DNA of 54,627 bases, taken from contig JBGPXN010000008.1 of the NCBI GenBank assembly GCA_041492755.1, positions 1 to 54,627 of the forward strand, in the 5' to 3' direction. A program made the translations under genes and the position numbers. The DNA is from Candidatus Methylomirabilia bacterium (GTDB lineage: Bacteria > Methylomirabilota > Methylomirabilia > Rokubacteriales > CSP1-6). Position 1 is the stretch's first letter; the number at the start of each line of letters is the position of its first letter. The notes under the pieces were generated by a model. The model saw only the letters and a program-made list of their open reading frames with translations. It did no database searches and was not told where the DNA came from. This document shows positions 26,808-35,693 of the stretch, one piece after another.

Positions 26808-28699
26808 GCGAGCGCCCACGAGCCCCGGGCGTCCAGGTGCTGCCGGATCCAGAGCTCGAGGATCATCAGCGACCAGAGACGGTCCGCGTGACTGCGGGCC
26901 CCGCTCAGGTGCTCGCGCTTGAGCCGCGCCACTTCAGCGGGGACGAACAGCCCGCGCGCGGCCACGCGCTCGGGGGCGAGGAGATCGTCCAGGTTCGGCC
27001 GGAGATCAGCGCGCAGCCACTGGCCGAGCGGGATCATGAATCCTTGCTTGGGGTGCTCGAGGACCTCGCGGGGCAGGACGTCGGCGAACGCACGCTTGAG
27101 CAGCGCCTTCAGACGAAACCCCGGCATCTTGCGATCGGGCGGAATGGCGAGGCTCGTTTCGATCAGCCGGTGATCGCAGAAGGGCGCGCGGACCTCGAGG
27201 CCGTGCGCCATGCCCATGCGGTCGGCCATCGTGAGCAGATCGTCCGGCAGGTACGTGTCGAGATCGATCCGGAACGCACCGTCGACGGCATCGCCGTGGC
27301 CCGCGCCGGCGAAGGCCGCCCGCGCGGCGCGCTCCACGTCGGCGCCGAAGTGGGCCCGGAGGGCCGGCGTGGCGAGGCCCACCAGACCCTCACGGCCGAA
27401 GATCCGCGTCCAGCCGAGATAGCGGTCGGGCAGCGGTTGATCGGCGCCCTGGACGAAGCGCCGGAGGCGATCACGGAAGGGGCGGCTGTCCTCGCGATCG
27501 CGCGCGGCGGCGCGCGCGAGGGCGCCCGTCGCGGCTCTGAGCGGCCGCGGCAGCGCGCCGTAGAGCTGCGAGAGCCGCACGCCCAGGTAGCGCGGGTAGC
27601 CCGCGAAGGTCTCGTCGCCGCCGATGCCGGACAGCGCGACCTTCACGTGACGTGCGGTCGCCTGGGCCACCACGAACGTGGGAATCGCGGACGAATCGGC
27701 AAACGGCTCGTCGAAGTGGTGGACGATGGCCGGGAGCAGGTCGCTCACGCGCGGCTCGAGGATCTCTTCGTGGTGCTCAGTCCCGAAGCGCTCGGCCACC
27801 GCGCGCGCATAGCGGAGCTCGTCGTACGAGGGCGCCGACGCGCCGAAGCCGATGGAGAACGTCCGGATCGGCCCGCCCGTCACCTCACGCATCGAGGCGA
27901 CCACCGCGCTGGAGTCGATCCCACCGCTCAGGAACACGCCGACCGGCACGTCGCTCTCGAGCCTGAGGCGTACCGCCTCGCCCAGCTGCTGACGCACCAG
28001 GGTCTCCAGATCAGCGCGCGCGGGCGCGGCCGGCGTGGCGCGCGGCAGGGTCCAGTACTGGCGCAGCCGCAGCTCGCCGTTCTCGAGCACGGCGGTGTGC
28101 GCCGGCGGAATCTTCCCGATGCCCGCGAAGATGGACCGCGCCGCCGGCGTATACCCGAACGCCAGATAGTGATGGAGCGCGTCCCAGTCGACGTCGCGCG
28201 CCACGCCCGGGTGACAGAAGAGCGCCTTGGGCTCGGAGGCGAAGACGAAGCCGTCGGCGGTGCGCGCGTAGTAGAGCGGCTTCTTGCCGAGCCGGTCGCG
28301 CGCGAGGAAGAGCCGGCGGCGTGCGCGGTCCCAGATGGCGAGGGCGAACATGCCGCGCAGGTGCTCGACGCACGCCTCGCCGTAGTCCTCGAAGGCGCGC
28401 AGCGCGACTTCCATGTCGCTCCGCGTGTGGAATCGGTGGCCCCGGGCCGCCAGCGACTCGCGGAGCGCGCGGTAGTTGTAGATCTCGCCGTTGCCGACGA
28501 GCCGCAATGCGCCGTCATCGCTCGCCATGGGCTGCTGCCCACCAGCCACGTCGATGATCGCCAGTCGTGTCATGCCGATGGCCGCGTCCGGCTCCGCGTA
28601 TGCGCCGTCGCCATCCGGGCCGCGGTGCTTGAGCAAGCGCAGCATCGCCGGCAGGAGCTCGGCCGGCGCGTGGCCCACCCAGCCGGCTATTCCGCACAT
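26804..28699 (-). CDS. asnB: Asparagine synthase-like glutamine amidotransferase (probably polysaccharide amidation)
   Basis: MCGIAG, HRGPD, NGEIYN, LSGGIDSS and SG.GGDE motifs; located within a glycan locus. Confidence 0.93.
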   Translation of the reverse strand: MCGIAGWVGHAPAELLPAMLRLLKHRGPDGDGAYAEPDAAIGMTRLAIIDVAGGQQPMASDDGALRLVGNGEIYNYRALRESLAARGHRFHTRSDMEVALRAFEDYGEACVEHLRGMFALAIWDRARRRLFLARDRLGKKPLYYARTADGFVFASEPKALFCHPGVARDVDWDALHHYLAFGYTPAARSIFAGIGKIPPAHTAVLENGELRLRQYWTLPRATPAAPARADLETLVRQQLGEAVRLRLESDVPVGVFLSGGIDSSAVVASMREVTGGPIRTFSIGFGASAPSYDELRYARAVAERFGTEHHEEILEPRVSDLLPAIVHHFDEPFADSSAIPTFVVAQATARHVKVALSGIGGDETFAGYPRYLGVRLSQLYGALPRPLRAATGALARAAARDREDSRPFRDRLRRFVQGADQPLPDRYLGWTRIFGREGLVGLATPALRAHFGADVERAARAAFAGAGHGDAVDGAFRIDLDTYLPDDLLTMADRMGMAHGLEVRAPFCDHRLIETSLAIPPDRKMPGFRLKALLKRAFADVLPREVLEHPKQGFMIPLGQWLRADLRPNLDDLLAPERVAARGLFVPAEVARLKREHLSGARSHADRLWSLMILELWIRQHLDARGSWALA

Positions 28700-28710
28700 G
28701 GGTGCTCACG

Positions 28711-28839
28711 TCGGGGGGAGCGACGCGCCGCTCCCCCCGACACCCCCCACCGCTCCGACGACGCGGCGGCGACAACGATGGTCGGGCGTGAACCGCAGGG
28801 CTGGATGCATGGGCGGCGGCGGCAAAGCCGCCGCTCGAA
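28711..28839 (-). repeat. REP-like repeat, type B, with a long spacer
   Basis: Minus strand TTCGAGCGGCGGC-TTT-GCCGCCG ... GGGGGGTG-TCGGGGGGAGCG-gcgcgt-CGCTCCCCCCGA. Confidence 0.72.
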
Positions 28840-28934
28840 CGAACGGCGATCGCGAAGATCCATCCAATCCGCCAGTGGCATGGCATCCCAGTGTGGCATG
28901 CGACCAGGACTGGGGCGGCGGGGCGGCCAAGTCG

Positions 28935-30095
28935 TCACGCCGCGATCGGCCATCGGCCTTTGCGCTGCAGCGTGGACACGTAGAGGCGCTCCAGCGACTC
29001 GTGCATCTGGGTCAGGGTGAAGCGCTCCCGGACCCGGGCCCCGCCCCGCTGGCCCATCGCGCGCGCGGTCAGCGGCTGCTCGAGCAGGATCGTGATCGCC
29101 CGGGCGAGGGCCTCCGGATGACGCGGCGGCACGATGAATCCCGTCTCCCCGTCGGCCACGACCTCGGGGTTGCCGCCGACGTCGGTCGCGACCACCGGTT
29201 TACCGAGCGCCATCGCCTCGAGCAGCGCGAAGGGCAGCCCTTCCGAGAGCGACGGCAGCACGGCGACGTCGAACAGCGAGACGACGTCGGCCACATCCGA
29301 GCGCGCGCCGGTGAACCGGCAGACGCCGGCCACGCCGAGTCGCGTCGCCTCGTGCTCGAGCTCGGCGCGGAGCGGCCCGTCGCCGACGAAGAGACAGCGC
29401 AGCCGCGGCATCCGCTCGACCAGCGCGGGCAGCGCGCCGAGGAGATAGCGGTGTCCCTTCTGCGCGGTCATCCGGGCCGTCAGCCCGATGATCCGGTCAC
29501 CCGGCGCGAGCTCGAGCGCCGCCCGCAGATCGCCCGCGTGACGGCCGGCCACGAAGGCCTCCGCGTCGATGCCGTTGCGGATCGTCACCACCTTGCCTTC
29601 GCTCAGCCGGTACCGACCGACGAGATCCCGGGCCACCGAGCCCGAGACCGCGATGACGGCGTCGGCGAGCGGGCTCGTCAGCCGCTCGGCGAGCAGGTAG
29701 CCGGCGCGGCGGAGGCGCGGGACGTCGTAGTCGAAGAGCGAGTTGTGGACGGTCGAGAGCACCACGGGCACGCCCGCCATGCGCGCGGCCAGCCGCGTGT
29801 ACACGTTCGAGCGCGCCCCGTGCGATTGCACGACGGCCGGACGCTGCCGGCGGAAGAGTCCGGCCAGCGCGGCCAGGGCGGCGGGGCTGAGCAGCCGGTC
29901 CGCGAGCGGCACGCGGTGACTCGGCACGCCGAGCGCGGCCAGCCGCTCCACGAGCGGGCCGTCTTCGGGCACGGCCACGGAGAGCCGAAAGCGTCCGGGG
30001 TCGAGGCGGGTCGCCAGCGTCCTGAGGTACGTCTCCCCACCGGCCCAGCCCGCCGTCTCCGCCACGTGCAGCACGAGCGCGCGCGTCTCCGTCAC
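28935..30095 (-). CDS. Glycosyltransferase family 4
   Basis: LHVAE..GWAGGE and EGLPFALLEAMALGKPVV motifs. Confidence 0.92.
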   Translation of the reverse strand: MTETRALVLHVAETAGWAGGETYLRTLATRLDPGRFRLSVAVPEDGPLVERLAALGVPSHRVPLADRLLSPAALAALAGLFRRQRPAVVQSHGARSNVYTRLAARMAGVPVVLSTVHNSLFDYDVPRLRRAGYLLAERLTSPLADAVIAVSGSVARDLVGRYRLSEGKVVTIRNGIDAEAFVAGRHAGDLRAALELAPGDRIIGLTARMTAQKGHRYLLGALPALVERMPRLRCLFVGDGPLRAELEHEATRLGVAGVCRFTGARSDVADVVSLFDVAVLPSLSEGLPFALLEAMALGKPVVATDVGGNPEVVADGETGFIVPPRHPEALARAITILLEQPLTARAMGQRGGARVRERFTLTQMHESLERLYVSTLQRKGRWPIAA

Positions 30096-30997
30096 TCGGT
30101 GCGGCGCCCCCACGCCTCGATCGACGGTCCCATCAGCCAGCGTCCTCGGGTGAGCGCCGCGCCCGCTTGCACCGCCGCGAACACGCCGCGCTTGGCCAGT
30201 CCAAGCGCCCGCTCCGCCGGTGAGGACAGTCCCAGATAGGGATCGCCGGGGACCGGAGGGCTGTTGACGACGCGCACGGGCTTGAACCCGGTGCGCACGA
30301 GCAGATCGCGCAGCGTCGGCGCCGAGAAGCAGACGACGTTGAAGATGTAGGCGACGTAGGCGCCGCGCGCCGGGTTCGCGCCGATTCCGAAGCGGCGCAG
30401 CAGGCGCGACGCGCGGTAGCTGGTGAGATGCCATGCCGCGTTCTGCGTCCGGATGAACACACGGCCGGCGGGCGCCGTCACCCGCCGCACCTCCGAGAGC
30501 ACGTCCACGGGATCGGCGACGCATTCGAGCAGGTTCCAGAGGGTCACGAGGTCGAAGCTCGCGGCCGGGAGGTGGAGATCGCGCAGGTCGCCGGGGCGGA
30601 CGTCGACGCCGAGCACGCTGCGCGCATACTCGACCGCCGCCGCGTCCACGTCGACGCCGGTGGCCTGCCAGCCCCGCTCGCCGGCCAGCTTCACGAAGTA
30701 GCCGAGCCCCGCGCCCACGTCGAGCAGCCGCGCGGGCGGACCCGCCTCGGCGAGCAGCCGCTCGAACGGCCCACGTCGCCGCTCGGCCACCCGCTCCTCA
30801 CGCGCCCGCTCCGCCGGCCCGAGCACGAGCGGCGCGCCATCGTTCGTACGCGCGGGCGACGGGTCGCGATAGACGAGGCCACACCGATCACAGCGCACCA
30901 TCCGGCGCGCATGAATCTGGAGGATGAATCGGCCGCCGCCGTGCGCGCAGAGCGGGCACGGCGCGGTCGCGACACCCGCGCGCCCGCCGTGCGTCAT
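30092..30997 (-). CDS. Class I SAM-dependent methyltransferase with N-terminal CxxC..CxxC
   Basis: CPLC...CDRC, LLDVGAGLG and FDLVTL motifs. Confidence 0.88.
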   Translation of the reverse strand: MTHGGRAGVATAPCPLCAHGGGRFILQIHARRMVRCDRCGLVYRDPSPARTNDGAPLVLGPAERAREERVAERRRGPFERLLAEAGPPARLLDVGAGLGYFVKLAGERGWQATGVDVDAAAVEYARSVLGVDVRPGDLRDLHLPAASFDLVTLWNLLECVADPVDVLSEVRRVTAPAGRVFIRTQNAAWHLTSYRASRLLRRFGIGANPARGAYVAYIFNVVCFSAPTLRDLLVRTGFKPVRVVNSPPVPGDPYLGLSSPAERALGLAKRGVFAAVQAGAALTRGRWLMGPSIEAWGRRTE

Positions 30998-31162
30998 GTC
31001 CCCTGAGGTGCTCGAAATCGGCCGCCGAGCCGCAGCCGCCGGCCTCAGTCCACGCGCGGCGGTCCGCTCGGGACGCGCAGGAGGTCTCGCCGCGGTCCGT
31101 GGTCCGTCACCAGCGTTCCGGCGCGGACGGCAATAGGGGACCGGTCCGTGGTCATCTCGAAA

Positions 31163-32425
31163 TCATCGCACGGGGCCGGGACACGCCCCAAGCTCCTGGT
31201 CCGCCCCTCCGCCACGACGGCGCGCGACCTCGTCGCGGCACACGCCATCCAACCGCTCTCCCAGCCGGTCCCAGGTGTAGCGAGCCGCCAGCTCGCGGGC
31301 CCGATCCCCGAGCTCCTTTCGCCGGGGCGCGTCGCGCAGAAGCTCGACGATACGGTGCGAAAAGTCGTCCGCGGACGTCGCGATGCGCAAGTGGTGGCCG
31401 TCGCGGGCTTCCGGCACCCCCTCGACGGCCACGGGGCTGGCGACGATCGGCAGGCCGCACGCCATCGCCTCCAGGAGCTTCACCTTGATGCCGGTGCCCT
31501 GACGCATCGGGCACACGAACACGGTCGCCCGCCGGAGCACCTCCAGAACGTCGGGGACGAACCCGAGGAATTCGACGCCGGGAACGGCGCGACAGGCCAA
31601 GGACAGCTCGGAGGAGGCGCCGTCACCGATGATCTGGAAGCGGACGTCGGGATGCTCGCGCTGGACGCGCGGGAGCACCTCGCGGCAGAAGTGGAGCACG
31701 GCATCCGCGTTCGGCGGATATCCCAGTGTCCCGAGGAAGGCCAGGCGGGCCGGGCCATCGTGCGGCACGGCTGGCGGCGCGGGGCCGACACCCGTCGGCA
31801 GCACGGTGATCCGGCCGGGCCCGGAGCCGGCGGCTCCTCGGAGGGCCTGCGCCTCCGACGGGCTGGCGACGAGAACGGCGAGGTCACGCTGCAGCAGGTC
31901 CTGCTCCAGCCGTCGATACCGCGACGACTGGGCCCGATACCACCATGCACGCCAGGGAGAGCCCGCACCGCGCGCTTGCCGCTCGTAATAGCGGGACGTG
32001 CAGTCGCACAGGTCCCACACGACCGCGGTGGCGGCGACCGCCTCCGCGGCGAGCAACGCGGCATCGGCGCCGACGGGATAGATCAGGTCGAACCGCTGCT
32101 GCCCGAGCACCGCCCGGAACCGCTGAAAGAACGCGTCGGCCGGGGTGATGACTCCGAACGGATAGCGTCCAGCCAGGGCGCGGAGACGGCCCGTCCACGT
32201 CAAACGGACGGGATCCGCGACGATTTCCACCACGCGGCAGAAGGCCCGCAGATGCTGCTCGGCGTCCGGCCGCGGCGCGTCGGCGCGACAGAGGTACCAG
32301 ACCTCGTGCCGGCGTCCGAGCTCGCGCAGACACCCATAGGCCCGGACGTTTCCCCCGTCGCGGACCGGATACGGCACGCGGTAGCCGACACAGAGGATCT
32401 TCAGGGGCGTGTGCACCGCCGACAT
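31163..32425 (-). CDS. Glycosyltransferase family 4
   Basis: PYP.RDGG..R, G.LGYPPNADA and GTGIKVKLLEAMACG motifs. Confidence 0.9.
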   Translation of the reverse strand: MSAVHTPLKILCVGYRVPYPVRDGGNVRAYGCLRELGRRHEVWYLCRADAPRPDAEQHLRAFCRVVEIVADPVRLTWTGRLRALAGRYPFGVITPADAFFQRFRAVLGQQRFDLIYPVGADAALLAAEAVAATAVVWDLCDCTSRYYERQARGAGSPWRAWWYRAQSSRYRRLEQDLLQRDLAVLVASPSEAQALRGAAGSGPGRITVLPTGVGPAPPAVPHDGPARLAFLGTLGYPPNADAVLHFCREVLPRVQREHPDVRFQIIGDGASSELSLACRAVPGVEFLGFVPDVLEVLRRATVFVCPMRQGTGIKVKLLEAMACGLPIVASPVAVEGVPEARDGHHLRIATSADDFSHRIVELLRDAPRRKELGDRARELAARYTWDRLGERLDGVCRDEVARRRGGGADQELGACPGPVR

Positions 32426-33385
32426 CTACTCGGACGCCGAGGCCAGGTATGGCTTGAGGATCTCCGGATGCTCGCCGTACCGTGCCACCGAGTACGGCAC
32501 GAGGTGGTCCTTGACCCGGGCCATGAAGAGCTCCGAGGCCTCTGGCAGCGTCCCGACCCCCCACGCCTGCCGGGCCCGATGAAGCCCGTAACCTTCCAGG
32601 TTCGGGAATCGCGCCTGCAGCGCGGGATTCTCCGCCCAGTCCGCCCAGCAGTCGCGCAGGTACATCCGTACCGGCTTCTTGATCTGGAGGTGGAAGAAGT
32701 ACGGCTCGTCCCATTCGCGGACGTCGTAGTACAGCGGGAGCTTCACGTCCTCGAAGCGGATCGTGATCGGCACGCGCGGGTCACGCGCGATCGACGGCCA
32801 GCCGTGGAGCGCCGCCCCGGACAGGACGCGCACCACTCGGACGAAGCGCAGCGCGGGCGAGAGGGCGCAGGCGAACGGGTCGCGCCGCAGCTCGCATCCG
32901 GGGAACTGGTGCCAGAGATCGCCCACCAGCTCGATGCACGTCAGATGCACGTGGAAGTACCGCGAGGCGGGCAAGGCCAGGATCCGCTGCCGGAGCCGCG
33001 TGATCGCACAGGGCCCCGTGGTACGCGCGACGAAGTCTCCGTCCCACTTCAGGGCCCAGCGGTATGTCGCCTGCGCCAGCGCGAAGTTGGACAGGGCGAC
33101 ATGATCGAGAGCCGGCCGGGTGAAGAGCCTCATCTTCGGCGCCAGGGTCCGGGCCAGCCGGGCGAGCACGTCCGGCGTGCGGTCCGTCGAGCCGTTGTCG
33201 ACGACGACGAGCTCGTCGACCGCGTCGCTCACCGAGAGCAGAGAGGCCTCGATCCATTCCTCCTCGTTCTTGACCCGCACGACGGCCGTGATGCCCTGCC
33301 GTCGTGCGGCCGGACGGGGGACCACACCCAGCGCCGGCGCGTAGCTCAGCAACCTCCTCAACGCCCACCCGCGCGTCCTCACCAT
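32426..33385 (-). CDS. GT-A fold glycosyltransferase (family 2 / CgtA-like)
   Basis: GITAVVRVKNEE, DNGSTDRT and NFAL...WALKWDGD motifs. Confidence 0.8.
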   Translation of the reverse strand: MVRTRGWALRRLLSYAPALGVVPRPAARRQGITAVVRVKNEEEWIEASLLSVSDAVDELVVVDNGSTDRTPDVLARLARTLAPKMRLFTRPALDHVALSNFALAQATYRWALKWDGDFVARTTGPCAITRLRQRILALPASRYFHVHLTCIELVGDLWHQFPGCELRRDPFACALSPALRFVRVVRVLSGAALHGWPSIARDPRVPITIRFEDVKLPLYYDVREWDEPYFFHLQIKKPVRMYLRDCWADWAENPALQARFPNLEGYGLHRARQAWGVGTLPEASELFMARVKDHLVPYSVARYGEHPEILKPYLASASE

Positions 33386-34542
33386 CGGCGGTCTCCGCGG
33401 AGCGCGGGAAGCAGCGCCGCCGCCAGCCGGTCCCAGGAATGGCGCGCGCACACGAACTGCCGGCCCCGGGCTCCCAGCTCGGCGCGGCGATCCGGATCGG
33501 CGGCCAATCGAGCCAGCGCGGTGGCGAGCGCCTCGGCGTCGTCGGGAGGGACGACGACAAGCGCTCCGCTCTCCTCGCCAAGCCGGCGGACGGACTCGAG
33601 ATCCGAGGCGATGACGGGGCGCGCGCACGCCATCGCGTCGAGGACCTTGAACGGCGACGTCTCCCCGCGGTCGGCGGTGAAGGGCGCCACCACGACGTCC
33701 ATCGCATTGAGCCACGTCGGCACCTCGCGGTACGGCACCTGCCCGGCGAATCGCACCACGTCGGCGAGGCCCCGCACGCGGGCGTGCTCCTCCCACGCGG
33801 CGCGCATCACCCCATCGCCCACGATGAGGCCGGCCAGACCCGGCACGCGGCCGCGAAGCGCGGCGAGCGCGTCCAGCAGCGTCGGCACACCCTGATGGCG
33901 ATAGCAGAGGCCGACGAATCCGACCACGAAGCCGGCGGCCTCGAGGCCGAGCCGGCGCCGGCACTCCATCGGATCGGCCGGAACGAAGTGGTGGACGTCG
34001 GTCCCACTCGGCACGACCCACACGCGAGTGGCCGATACCCCGTACCGCGCCACGAGCATGCGCTTGAGACCCGGGGTCAGCGCGACGATGGCATCGCTGC
34101 CCCTGACCGCCCAGCCCTCGAGCCGCGCGAACAGCCAGCGTGCCCAGCGCCGGGCACCCTCCACCTCCATGAACTCGAGCACGTCGGCGTTGACCTCGAG
34201 CACGATGCGGGCTCCGGTCAGGCGCCGGAGCACGAGCGGCAGCACGTTGAAGCCGCTGCGGAAATAGACGACGTCGGGGCGGCGGCGGCGGGACAACCGC
34301 CAGGCGCGCGCCACCATGCCGACGTAGGCGCTGAGGGGACGCAGTCCCGCGACGTCGATCACGGGATAGGACTCGGCCGCAACGGCACGCAACGGCGTGC
34401 GGCCGGGGAGCGCCGGGTAGAGCACGAGCGTTTCCTGCCCGGCACCGGCGAGTGCGCCGGCCAGCTCCCAGAGCTTGCGGAAGCCGCCCGCGTCCGCGCG
34501 GAGCCCGCGCTCGTGCGCGTAATCCAGGAAACACACGCGCAT
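33379..34542 (-). CDS. Glycosyltransferase family 4
   Basis: GT-B fold features, LEVN and SPFKVLDAMACARPV motifs. Confidence 0.88.
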   Translation of the reverse strand: MRVCFLDYAHERGLRADAGGFRKLWELAGALAGAGQETLVLYPALPGRTPLRAVAAESYPVIDVAGLRPLSAYVGMVARAWRLSRRRRPDVVYFRSGFNVLPLVLRRLTGARIVLEVNADVLEFMEVEGARRWARWLFARLEGWAVRGSDAIVALTPGLKRMLVARYGVSATRVWVVPSGTDVHHFVPADPMECRRRLGLEAAGFVVGFVGLCYRHQGVPTLLDALAALRGRVPGLAGLIVGDGVMRAAWEEHARVRGLADVVRFAGQVPYREVPTWLNAMDVVVAPFTADRGETSPFKVLDAMACARPVIASDLESVRRLGEESGALVVVPPDDAEALATALARLAADPDRRAELGARGRQFVCARHSWDRLAAALLPALRGDRRW

Positions 34543-34544
34543 GA

Positions 34545-35603
34545 TCAGGCCGCGAGCGCCTCGTAGGCGCGGGCGGTGAGGGCGGCGGTCGTCCGCCAAT
34601 CGAACGTCGCCGCGCGCGCCAGACCGCGCTCGACGAGGCTGCGCCTCAACGTCGCATCGGTGGCGACCCGCGCGATCGCCGCGGCGAGCGCGTCGGCGGA
34701 GACCGGCAGATCGATCAGGATGGCGGCGTCTCCGGTCACCTCCGGAAGCGCCGTCGTGTTGTACGTGACGACCGGCACCCCGCACGCCATCGCCTCGAGC
34801 ACGGGCAACCCGAAGCCCTCGTAGAAGGATGGATAGACGAACGCGACGGCTCCGCGATAGAGCGCCGGCAGGTGCGCTTCGGGCACGTACCCGAGCACGC
34901 TGACCCGGGCCGCGACGGCGGGGTCCCGGGCCGCGACCTCGAAATCGCTCCGCCCCGGGATGACCGTGCCGGCGATCACGAGCGCGATGTCGAGCCGGGG
35001 AAGCACGGCCAGCAGCGTCCGGTAGTCCTTGCGCCGGTCGATGGTGCCGACATAGAGCAGGTACCGGTCAGGAAGCCGGTACACGGCCCGGACTTCGTCG
35101 GCTGGAGACGGCGTGACCTCGGGATCGAGGGCGACGCCCCACGGCACCACCTCGACGCGACGCTCGGGAACGCGGCCGAGCGCGACGAGGTCGCGTCTGG
35201 TGGCCGCGGACGGAACGAGCACGCGCTGCGCGAAGCGCGCCGTGAAGGGAACCCACCGCCCCCAGTACCAGCGGCTGCGCCAGTGCGGCAGGAACTCGGG
35301 ATGCCGCGTCGGCGCGAGGTCGTGCAGCGTCATCACGACGTTGAGGCCGGGCGCGACCGGCGCCGAGGTCCCGCCGGGCACGTGGAGGATGTGCGCCCCG
35401 AGCCGCCGGGCCCGGGCCGGCAACAGAACCTGCTCCCACGCGAGCTGGTGAGGCAGCCGCCAGCCGGCGGCCCCGGCGGGGACGACGACGTCGTAGTCGT
35501 GCTGGGGAAAATCGCTCCTCAACTGACGGAGCAGCCGCGCCAGCGCCTTGCCGGCTCCCGTCGGCCGCGCTCCCAGACCGCGCCCGTCGATGCAGATCCG
35601 CAC
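34545..35603 (-). CDS. Glycosyltransferase family 4 (MtfB/WbaZ-like)
   Basis: MRICIDGR, TLHDL, VGTI..RK and YPSFYEGFGLPVLEAMACG motifs. Confidence 0.92.
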   Translation of the reverse strand: MRICIDGRGLGARPTGAGKALARLLRQLRSDFPQHDYDVVVPAGAAGWRLPHQLAWEQVLLPARARRLGAHILHVPGGTSAPVAPGLNVVMTLHDLAPTRHPEFLPHWRSRWYWGRWVPFTARFAQRVLVPSAATRRDLVALGRVPERRVEVVPWGVALDPEVTPSPADEVRAVYRLPDRYLLYVGTIDRRKDYRTLLAVLPRLDIALVIAGTVIPGRSDFEVAARDPAVAARVSVLGYVPEAHLPALYRGAVAFVYPSFYEGFGLPVLEAMACGVPVVTYNTTALPEVTGDAAILIDLPVSADALAAAIARVATDATLRRSLVERGLARAATFDWRTTAALTARAYEALAA

Positions 35604-35677
35604 GTCAGGCGCCGCGCCGAGGCGCGCCCATCCCCCGCGGCGGTCCGATCATGCCGTTCCCGCGGCGGCGGCGGCGA

Positions 35678-35693
35678 TAGAATCCACGCCATG
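35678..35693 (+). promoter_or_regulatory. Leaderless promoter -10 box
   Basis: TAGAAT exactly 7 nt before the ATG at 35691; no SD. Confidence 0.55.
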
